Part shown: piece after piece, positions 1 to 7,899 of the stretch
Numbering within the stretch: position 1 is the first letter of the stretch
Layout: every line of letters starts with the position of its first letter
DNA from: Gekko japonicus
Lineage: Eukaryota
Direction of reading: 5' to 3'
Assembly (NCBI RefSeq): GCF_001447785.1
Contig: NW_015172015.1
Location: 309,418-373,417, forward strand
DNA length: 64,000 nt
Notes under the pieces: model-generated
What the model was told of the DNA's origin: nothing
Databases searched by the model: none
What the model saw: only the letters and a program-made list of their open reading frames with translations
Position numbers and translations under genes: made by a program

Positions 1-1
1 C

Positions 2-1834
2 CAGACGAGAAAAAACAGGGCAGCTCGTCTACACTTGGCCCTGATGGAGAAGGCATTATCTCCACAGTCCTCTTCGCCGTTAGACACGTCCGGGCACGCC
101 TCGATGTCTACCTTGGCTGCGGACACTTGTCCTCCCGTTCCGGGATCATCGACGTCGACGGTCGCAATCGATGCTTCGGCACCGAAACGATCGACGCCGA
201 TAAAGGACCACCCCGTACCTTCCAAGATCCGGAAGCAGGGGTCATCCGTTGCCGTACCTTCCAAGATCCGGAAGCAGGGCAAAGACTCACAGCAGTCGAA
301 GAAACCTAAAACGGACAAACCCAAAGTCCATAAGGTTTCGGCTAGTCAGGGTCGAGATCCCACGCAAGAACCTCACCCGATCGGTTCGGATCTCGACATC
401 GACCTTACTCAACAGACAAATCAGTCGCAATCTGATATGTCGAGCCGTCAATCCTCTCATGCCTCCCCAGAACGTGGAGTCGAGGATCGGCACCGACCAA
501 CTTCTCCTCCCCTGACTTGGGATGAGAGGCAATGGCATTATTTGTACGGGAATCGATACCCATACCCTTGGGCACTCCCGATACCACCCCCACCTGAATG
601 GGATCGTCAGTCGGTGTCATCCCGCATTTCGCGCTTTCAAGATCGACCATCGGTATCGAAGCAGTCGATACCGACGCATCCACCAGACCCGGTTGTGCCC
701 CCGATTAACACACCGGCACCGTCTCAACCTGAATTACTCGAATCATCTCCAGAACCATCCAATGTATCCTCCGATTCAGATGGCTTTTCTGAACATATCG
801 AGGATGTAGATGCACAGCCCACCTCGCAAGATGTGGAAGCGGATTTACCTATTTCTCCATCAGAGGATGTTAAGTCTTATGGAGATTTTATTCAACGCAT
901 GGCATTAGATCTATCTATGACTCCTACTCTCGTTGCCAGTTTTGTGGATGATAACGTTTTTGACATTATGCACTCTAACACTTCGCCCTCCGTGGCTCTA
1001 CCAATGACAAAAGTTCTCTTGCAAACTACCAAGGACTTTTGGACTCGTCCAGCCTCCATTAATGTCTCTAATAAGCGTCTGGATCACATGTACAAGGTCC
1101 AGGAATCAGGGGCTGAGTTTTTATACACACACCCAAAGCCCAATTCTTTGGTCGTCTCCTCATCCACAAAAGGAAAAGCGAGTCACTCTACTCCCTCAGA
1201 AAAAGAAGGGAAAAAGTTGGATTCGGTTGGTAGAAAATTCTACACTGTCGGTGCAATGGGCATTAAAACGGCGAACTATGCCGCCTGCATGGGCCGTTAT
1301 CAATTCAATTTATGGAAGCGTTTGAATGATTTCCTCCCGCACGTGCCCAAAGAGTGCCAACCTCAGATTAAAAGGATTCAGAATGAAGGGATGGTCTTGG
1401 CTAGACACCAAATTAGTGCTGCCAAGCATTCCCTGGAATCCGCTAGTAAGACTCTAGCAACCTCTGTAGCGTTACGCAGACATGCCTGGCTCCGCTCTTC
1501 ATCATTGCCATATGACACCAGATCCTCGGTGGAAGACCTTCCCTTTGAAGGTTCTGGATTGTTTAGCTCCACCACTGACACGGTTCTGCAGGAAATGGAT
1601 AAGAGTATCAAGACGTCCAAGAGTTTGGGGATCTCCCCCACGACCAAATACTCGAAATCCAAGCAGTGGCCTAGGCAACCTTGGTCGACCAGGCAACCGT
1701 ACAACAAATCACCTACGGATCAATGGCAAAGACCTCCCTCCTCTCAGTCACGGTCTTTTCCCCCGAAAAATAAGGGACAATCGTCCGGTGCCTATAAGTC
1801 GAAATTCCCTAAGAATCCCAAACAGGGACTTTGA
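2..1834 (+). CDS. DIRS gag-like ORF1 (5' partial; frame is open to the window edge)
   Basis: Frame reads QTRKNRAARLHLALMEKAL from position 2; low-complexity S/P-rich middle; C-terminal region with RRHAWLRSS...DLPFEGSGLF typical of vertebrate DIRS gag (LAP2alpha-like domain). Confidence 0.85.
   Translation, partial: QTRKNRAARLHLALMEKALSPQSSSPLDTSGHASMSTLAADTCPPVPGSSTSTVAIDASAPKRSTPIKDHPVPSKIRKQGSSVAVPSKIRKQGKDSQQSKKPKTDKPKVHKVSASQGRDPTQEPHPIGSDLDIDLTQQTNQSQSDMSSRQSSHASPERGVEDRHRPTSPPLTWDERQWHYLYGNRYPYPWALPIPPPPEWDRQSVSSRISRFQDRPSVSKQSIPTHPPDPVVPPINTPAPSQPELLESSPEPSNVSSDSDGFSEHIEDVDAQPTSQDVEADLPISPSEDVKSYGDFIQRMALDLSMTPTLVASFVDDNVFDIMHSNTSPSVALPMTKVLLQTTKDFWTRPASINVSNKRLDHMYKVQESGAEFLYTHPKPNSLVVSSSTKGKASHSTPSEKEGKKLDSVGRKFYTVGAMGIKTANYAACMGRYQFNLWKRLNDFLPHVPKECQPQIKRIQNEGMVLARHQISAAKHSLESASKTLATSVALRRHAWLRSSSLPYDTRSSVEDLPFEGSGLFSSTTDTVLQEMDKSIKTSKSLGISPTTKYSKSKQWPRQPWSTRQPYNKSPTDQWQRPPSSQSRSFPPKNKGQSSGAYKSKFPKNPKQGL
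213..279 (+). repeat. 28-bp direct repeat, 39-bp period, in gag (VPSKIRKQG twice)
   Basis: ccgtaccttccaagatccggaagcaggg at 213-240 and 252-279. Confidence 0.9.
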
Positions 1835-3710
1835 CTTCAACCTTACTGCTCAGACTCGCCTTGCACCCTTCCTGCACGCATGGCTCGCCATTTCTACGGA
1901 CAAATGGGTGCACTCTATAATAAGAGATGGCTATCTCATAGAGTTTTCTCTGACTCCCAGAATCTCCCGTTTCATCAGAACCCCGGCGTCTCCTGCCCTG
2001 CTACAGGAGGTACAATCGCTGACACAAAAAAACGCTATAGAGAAAGTCCCGATGGCGGATTGTTGCCGCGGGATTTATTCCAAATATTTCACAGTCCCCA
2101 AGAAGGACGGAGGACTTCGTCCAATCATGGACCTCCGTTTTCTCAATCGGTTCATCATTTACAGAAAGTTTCGCATGACCACGTTGCAAAGCATTTTACC
2201 ACTCCTGTCTCCAGGGACTTGGATGGTCACTTTAGATCTCAAAGACGCTTATTTTCACGTCTCCATCCATCCTCGTCACAGAAAGTTCCTCAGATTCGCA
2301 GTCGGGGAGGACCATTACCAATTCAAAGCCCTTCCATTCGGGCTCTCTACCGCCCCCAGGGTTTTTACGAAGGTAATGGTGGTTGTCGTCGCTCATCTTC
2401 GCCTTCAGGGCATTCAGATCTTTCCGTATATAGACGACTGGTTGATGGTGGCAGATTCAAGAGAATGTCTCCTTCAGCACATCACCATCACATTGTCGGT
2501 CCTATCCTCCCTTGGAATTCTGGTGAATTTACAGAAATCCATGCTGCAACCTGCAACTCGCGTGCAGTTCATAGGAGCTGTCATAGACTCCCTAGCCACT
2601 CGGGCGTACCTTCCTCGCCAACGGGCAGATACCATTCGTCTGGAAATTCAACGTTTGTTCCAGTCCAACGTGACATCAGCGGTCCACATTCAGCGGACCT
2701 TGGGTCTCATGGCAGCCACCACTTCCGTGATCGAATATGCACGCCTTCGCATGCGCCCGTTGCAGCTGTGGTTTCTAAAGAAATTTCGCCCTTCCATCCA
2801 TCCTCCGAGCCTTCAACTGGTAGTGCCTCCGCAGGTCCTCGTCTCCCTGCAGTGGTGGCTCGTGGACACCAATCTGTTGGCGGGTGCACCGTTCCAACCG
2901 ATCGTTCCCGTAATGTCCATCACCACAGATGCCTCCCTGTGGGGTTGGGGTGCTCATACAGACGACACTTGTGTGGGTGCTCCATGGCAACCCCTTTGGA
3001 AGAGTCATCATATCAACTATCTGGAACTGCTGGCCGTAAAGTTTGCCCTAAGATCCCTACTCAGACAGGTTGTAGGGAAGGATGTGTTGATTTTTACGGA
3101 CAACACAACTGCGATGGCTTATATCAATCGCCAGGGCGGGACCGTGTCCAGGTCCCTTTGCAGGCTAGCTATGGACATATGGGAAGAGTGCCTTCATTGG
3201 AACATCACTCTCCAAGCTGCCCATCTGCCAGGAACTTTGAACCAACAAGCGGATTTCCTGAGCAGAGGGGGAGCATCGGACCACGAATGGGAGTTGAACT
3301 CAAAGTATCTCCTTCCTCTTTTTCAACATCTGGGACATCCCCACATCGATGTTTTTGCAACTCGATTGAACAAGAAGTGTCCCAGGTTTTGCTCCAGAGC
3401 GGGGTTGGACCCTCTGTCAATGGGGGACGGTCTGTTGATGTCGTGGGCTCACGACTTTCTATACCTATTTCCTCCGATTCCGCTGCTCCACAGGGTGCTT
3501 GTGAAAATACAACAGGACAAGCCCCATTGTCTCCTGGTAGCCCCCTGGTGGCCTCGGCAGGTGTGGTTTCCGACACTGCTGCGGTTAGCCAAGGGATCCT
3601 TCGTACACTTCCCGCAGGAGTTGGATCTCCTCCAAGCTCAGGAAGGCCAGGTCCTTCACTACGATCCTCTGAGTCTCAAGTTGACTCTATGGGAAATACG
3701 CTTTCAGTGA
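1482..3710 (+). CDS. DIRS pol: reverse transcriptase, RNase H and C-terminal adenine-methyltransferase-like domain (true start uncertain; homology begins about 1833)
   Basis: RLAPFLHAW, KKDGGLRPIMDL, LDLKDAYFHV, LPFGLSTAPRVF, YIDD; RNase H TDASLWGWG, HINYLEL, TDNTT, NQQADFLSR; MT-like IDVFA...YLFPP...APWWPRQVWF. Confidence 0.95.
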   Translation: MPGSALHHCHMTPDPRWKTFPLKVLDCLAPPLTRFCRKWIRVSRRPRVWGSPPRPNTRNPSSGLGNLGRPGNRTTNHLRINGKDLPPLSHGLFPRKIRDNRPVPISRNSLRIPNRDFDFNLTAQTRLAPFLHAWLAISTDKWVHSIIRDGYLIEFSLTPRISRFIRTPASPALLQEVQSLTQKNAIEKVPMADCCRGIYSKYFTVPKKDGGLRPIMDLRFLNRFIIYRKFRMTTLQSILPLLSPGTWMVTLDLKDAYFHVSIHPRHRKFLRFAVGEDHYQFKALPFGLSTAPRVFTKVMVVVVAHLRLQGIQIFPYIDDWLMVADSRECLLQHITITLSVLSSLGILVNLQKSMLQPATRVQFIGAVIDSLATRAYLPRQRADTIRLEIQRLFQSNVTSAVHIQRTLGLMAATTSVIEYARLRMRPLQLWFLKKFRPSIHPPSLQLVVPPQVLVSLQWWLVDTNLLAGAPFQPIVPVMSITTDASLWGWGAHTDDTCVGAPWQPLWKSHHINYLELLAVKFALRSLLRQVVGKDVLIFTDNTTAMAYINRQGGTVSRSLCRLAMDIWEECLHWNITLQAAHLPGTLNQQADFLSRGGASDHEWELNSKYLLPLFQHLGHPHIDVFATRLNKKCPRFCSRAGLDPLSMGDGLLMSWAHDFLYLFPPIPLLHRVLVKIQQDKPHCLLVAPWWPRQVWFPTLLRLAKGSFVHFPQELDLLQAQEGQVLHYDPLSLKLTLWEIRFQ

Positions 3711-4723
3711 TGGATGACCGTATCAATGAGGTCCTGTTGAATTGTCGTAAACTGTCTACTAGGACGTCTTACGCAAAGAAGTGGGATTTATTCCTACAGT
3801 ACTTGAGTTCTTCCAATTTACCTCCTCCGCCAGTGGATTTGAGGTCTATTTTTGCGTTTATTTTGTCCAGAATGGACTTGGGACTCAGTTTTTCTTCAGT
3901 TAAGGTGTATTTAGCTGCGGTGTCAGCTTTTCATCCATCTATTGATGGGTTTTCAGTTTTCTCGCATCCTCAGACGAAACAGTTTTGTAAAGGTCTTATT
4001 CGCCTGTACCCTCCCCGTCGTTCTCCGACTCCGGCCTGGGATTTGGCTTTAGTTTTGCGGTTTTTGATGGGAAAACCCTTCGAACCACTGGCCACTTGCT
4101 CTCTAAAGTTGTTATCGCTCAAGACTGCGTTTCTGGTGGCCATTACTTCTGCTCGTCGAGTCAGTGAGTTGTCTGCTTTAAGGTGTGATCCACCATACTT
4201 GATTTTTTCCCCTCATGGGGTGTCGTTGTCTTTGGACATCTCCTTCTTACCGAAAGTCGTTTCGGAGTTTCATCTACGTTCAGATATAGTTTTGCCGTCA
4301 TTTTTCCCGTCTCCTGCCAATGAAGAGGAACGGAAATTGCACTCTCTGGATGTTAAGAGGGCGTTGCTGTTCTATTTGGGCAGGACCAAGTCTTTTCGTC
4401 AGTCTCCAGCCTTGTTTGTTGCTCACAGTATGCCCTCCCTAGGGAAGAAGATCTCTTCCCAGACGCTGTCCAGGTGGATTGTGGAAGTAATCAAGCTATG
4501 TTACGCTTTGGCTAAGAGACCTCTTCCAGGTCAACTTCGCGCCCACTCTACAAGGGCGGTGGCGGCTTCCACAGCTTTCCTGAGAGGGATGCCATTGGAG
4601 GACATCTGCAACGCTGCGACTTGGGCTACTCCGCTCACCTTCGTGAAGCATTATGCCCTTGATGTCCGGTCTACTCGTCGTGTGGCGTTGGGTCGGTCTA
4701 TCTTGCAGACGGCGCAGGTGTAG
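1880..4723 (+). CDS. DIRS ORF3: tyrosine recombinase (domain about 3710-4723) preceded by about 610 open codons overlapping pol
   Basis: SARRVSEL (Arg), AHSTRA (HxxR), FVKHY (catalytic Tyr); ATG at 3710 overlaps the pol stop (TGATG). Confidence 0.93.
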   Translation: MARHFYGQMGALYNKRWLSHRVFSDSQNLPFHQNPGVSCPATGGTIADTKKRYRESPDGGLLPRDLFQIFHSPQEGRRTSSNHGPPFSQSVHHLQKVSHDHVAKHFTTPVSRDLDGHFRSQRRLFSRLHPSSSQKVPQIRSRGGPLPIQSPSIRALYRPQGFYEGNGGCRRSSSPSGHSDLSVYRRLVDGGRFKRMSPSAHHHHIVGPILPWNSGEFTEIHAATCNSRAVHRSCHRLPSHSGVPSSPTGRYHSSGNSTFVPVQRDISGPHSADLGSHGSHHFRDRICTPSHAPVAAVVSKEISPFHPSSEPSTGSASAGPRLPAVVARGHQSVGGCTVPTDRSRNVHHHRCLPVGLGCSYRRHLCGCSMATPLEESSYQLSGTAGRKVCPKIPTQTGCREGCVDFYGQHNCDGLYQSPGRDRVQVPLQASYGHMGRVPSLEHHSPSCPSARNFEPTSGFPEQRGSIGPRMGVELKVSPSSFSTSGTSPHRCFCNSIEQEVSQVLLQSGVGPSVNGGRSVDVVGSRLSIPISSDSAAPQGACENTTGQAPLSPGSPLVASAGVVSDTAAVSQGILRTLPAGVGSPPSSGRPGPSLRSSESQVDSMGNTLSVMDDRINEVLLNCRKLSTRTSYAKKWDLFLQYLSSSNLPPPPVDLRSIFAFILSRMDLGLSFSSVKVYLAAVSAFHPSIDGFSVFSHPQTKQFCKGLIRLYPPRRSPTPAWDLALVLRFLMGKPFEPLATCSLKLLSLKTAFLVAITSARRVSELSALRCDPPYLIFSPHGVSLSLDISFLPKVVSEFHLRSDIVLPSFFPSPANEEERKLHSLDVKRALLFYLGRTKSFRQSPALFVAHSMPSLGKKISSQTLSRWIVEVIKLCYALAKRPLPGQLRAHSTRAVAASTAFLRGMPLEDICNAATWATPLTFVKHYALDVRSTRRVALGRSILQTAQV

Positions 4724-4767
4724 GGCCTCGGCCCCTCCTCCAGGTAAGAGTTATTGCTTGCTATTCT

Positions 4768-4861
4768 CCCAAGGGTGTGATGCACAGAGACCACGAAGAA
4801 GATAGACAGGTTGCTTACCTGTAACTGGTGATCTTCGAGTGGTCATCTGTGCATTCACACC
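4768..4861 (+). repeat. DIRS copy A internal complementary region (ICR)
   Basis: 4804-4861 is a perfect 58-bp reverse complement of the element terminus 5068-5125; 4768-4802 is an imperfect copy of 5062-5098 and should pair with the unseen left end. Confidence 0.9.
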
Positions 4862-5130
4862 ACCCGCCCTCCTTCCCCTCTGCTCTCGGCCCTTCATCTT
4901 GTTTCTTTGAAGGCTGTTGGGCGGCGGTCAGAAGGAACTGGCGGGATCTGCGTGCCCCTCCTTGGTCATGCGCAGTGGAGCCGGCGCGTGACCTGGGAGA
5001 GGCGCGAAAATCCCTTTTGCTAGCTATCGGTACCGAGAAGGTCAGCGCAGGCGCAGAGTATCCCAAGGGTGTGAATGCACAGATGACCACTCGAAGATCA
5101 CCAGTTACAGGTAAGCAACCTGTCTTTATC

Positions 5131-5914
5131 AGGATGTGTAACCATAACATTGAGAAGTAACTTTGCTACTATTTCAGTCCATATCTGAGTTATCAAGCAA
5201 GAAAATAACCTTAAAATCATCAGAGGTCTCTGAAAGTTGGGCTAATATGGAATAGAGAAGATCCCGACGGGACGCCAGATAGAGAGGACAATGAAGGAGA
5301 ACATAGGGGACAGTTTTGACACAGTCTTTCATACAAGGACAGCACCTGCTAGAATAGGGGATCCCCTGGAATCTACCAGATAGAAAAGCGGAAGGAAGAA
5401 CATTAAATCTGGACAAGGAGATGGCTCTGTGCAGATTTGGAGCTATGAGTTGATAAAGTATACAGCTGGAAGGTTTGCATTTGGAACAATCCCTAAGTTT
5501 AAGGGAGAACAGGTTCTGTTAGCCAGGCTATAGAGTTTGCAACTCTGAACCCAATAAACTAGATTTCTTTTTTTTTTTTTTAAGTCTCAGACTCAGAAAG
5601 CAAAAATAAGGATTCTAAAGATAAATTCAAGGAACTTTTTTTGGCTTCAATGTACGAAAGCCAACTAAAATTGACAGATTCAGAAAGTAGTTGGTACATA
5701 TAACTATGGGGGTCAGAGTTGAAGTGGAGTTGTAACCAGAATTTAATGGTGTGAATCCATGCCTTAGTAGCCAACAATTTCTGTTCGCACTCCAAACATA
5801 AAGTGGCATATGGAACACACCCCATGATCTTTCGCAAAAAAGTAGAGTGGACACATTCCACTGAAGTATCAATTGGGTCAATCCAGAGAGGTACCCCATA
5901 CAATAATTGAGCTC
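5131..5914 (-). pseudogene. 3' part of a decayed non-LTR retrotransposon ORF2 (clade uncertain; RTE-X/Crack/Daphne-like)
   Basis: Minus-strand GAQLLYGVPLW...FLRKIMG and C-terminal RCCPC...VLLHCPLY..SR zinc-knuckle-like motif. Confidence 0.7.
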
Positions 5915-6257
5915 CCGTTCTCCCTCTGAGGTGGAGGACATCTCCATGGGTTATTCCCATCCTTCCTTTAGGGAGGTAGGAAACACTTTTTTCACCTTCC
6001 TCTTGGCGCCTTGGGAATAGCCCGCCTTCAGTTCTATTCCTGCCTCTTAGGGAGTAGCAGCTAGGGTCAAGGCTCTGTTTTCTTGACTGAATTTCTTGCA
6101 CTTTTGCTAAAAACTTTTTACCTTTTTTCTCCCTTCTCAATCTCTCCTGCTTGTTTCCTCTATATCTGCTTCTATCTTTTTCCTTGCCTGCTCATCAACA
6201 AGAGTCAAGAGCGGCGAGGGAGTTCCGTGGAGGACGAATGCTGCTGCATTAGAGAGA

Positions 6258-7899
6258 TGGCGATGGGAGCAGAGCACTCAGACCATTTCTCCTTGGCTGA
6301 GGATGAAACATTCGCCGCGGTGGCTGTCAGTGAGACCAACTGGCCCTCCGGGCTTGCTTGTGCCTCCCCAACGGACCCAGCAGGGGCAGCGGCGGCGGTG
6401 CGGAACACACAGAAGTGCCGCAGGACACGAGAAGATGCAGAGTCCGGCAAAATTGGCTGGATGAAGACAAGTGGTGGCCATCTTGGATTGGTGGCACGGG
6501 AGTTCGGCGATGGCAAGATTCCTCTGATGGGCATTCAACAGTGCATGGGAGCCAGTAAGACCCCCGATACGTGTCTCCCCAGGCCTGACCCACTTCCCGG
6601 GGGGGGGGGGCAATTCCCGGCGCTACAGGGGCCAAAATTTATTCCTTCAATTTAATGAGGTTCTTTAGACAGGCCATGCAGGAGGAGATGTCCTCCTTTT
6701 GTAACAAGATAGGACTCACTGGACAAGTGGGTGCCCAGGTCTACCCATCTCAAGGCCCCTCTCCCTGGCCTACCAAGGCAGCAAAGAAGGCACCTCCCAA
6801 TTCCCACAAAAGGCATAGAGGGGAACATAGGGAGGAGGAGGAGGATTCTTCCGTTTCCAACGTTGAAGACAGGAAGGAGGGCGAATTCCTCTCGGAGGAG
6901 GAAGATGAAGAAATGAAAATTCCAGAACAAGTCAGTAGATTCTTTAAGGCTGAGGATTATCAGTATTTCCTCATCAAGGCCATGAAAGCCCTAGAGATTC
7001 AGGATTCCCCGGCTATTGAAGAGCAGGGCATATTAAGCCCAGATTTAAGTTTCATTCCAGGGGGGTATCTGAATCCTCCCCCCCCCCGAGGAACTAGTTG
7101 AGAACGGTGTCTTCCCATTCCCTGAATATTTTGAGAGATAGCTCAGAATGGCTTGGGACAAACCAGCAGCAAACAGTTTCCTGGGTTTGTAAAAAGGTTA
7201 TATGCCTTACCTTCATATGCAAATGAGCTTTTACAGGTACCACTTTTACAGGCAGCCATCCAATCCACAGGCCTTGTCTCGGAAGATGGGCACGGATCCA
7301 TACGGGACCCGATTGACAAGAAGGTAGACGCCACACTCAAGAAAATTTATGAGGCCGTTACCATGATGGTGAGAGCGGCAGCTACTACTTCTATAGCCTC
7401 CAGAGCATCAATTGTCTGGATCCATAAATTAATCCAGCTATTACCAGAGAGCCTCCTTGAGGGCACCTCACACATTCTGAAGGGCGCCTCCATCTCTGCT
7501 GACGCCACTCTGGACATTTTAGCCTTTGCTTCTACTAACATGGCCAGATGCCTGCTCTGGCTAAGGGCCTGGCAGGTTGACTTCCAGTCAAAGCTAATGG
7601 TATCTGCCTATCCGTTCCAGGGAGATAGACTCTTTGGTGACGCCCTTGACAGAATTCCTGTGGAGACTCGTGACAAGAAGAAGGCCATGCCGAGAAACTT
7701 TTGCCAAACTGAACGTCAGAACACGCATTCCTTTCGTTCCCAACACACCTTGTCCAGGTTCCGTCAGGACCAGAAGAAGGGCAATTGGAGTACATCCAAG
7801 ACTTTCAGTTGAAGGGGAATGTTCAATTCCAAATTCCACAAGCCTCTAATCAACAGAGCTGACCAAGGGGACCAAGATTCCAAACCCAAGCAACAATGA
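6258..7899 (+). pseudogene. DIRS copy B gag (disrupted; start approximate)
   Basis: RCLLWLRAW...YPFQGDRLFG motif; frame of ORF 7153 continues past a stop at 7810 to TGA 7897-7899. Confidence 0.75.

Larger units (their letters stand above)
1..5127 (+). mobile_element. DIRS1-like tyrosine-recombinase retrotransposon, apparently intact (copy A); left end lies outside the window
   Basis: Three long overlapping ORFs (gag, RT-RNaseH-MT, YR), followed by an internal complementary region and right terminal repeat; CpG-rich, no disabling stops. Confidence 0.95.

Noticed and set aside
1482-3710. RT plus integrase-family recombinase as a prokaryotic system (retron, DGR, prophage)
   Set aside because: Gag-RT-RNaseH-MT-YR order with ITR/ICR is a DIRS retrotransposon; context is spliceosomal exons and vertebrate repeats
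4768-5127. Repeated segments as a CRISPR-like array or terminator
   Set aside because: They are the ICR and right terminal repeat of the DIRS element; no regular repeat-spacer period
4815-5160. Opposing 110-aa ORFs on both strands
   Set aside because: By-product of the inverted repeat; no recognisable protein
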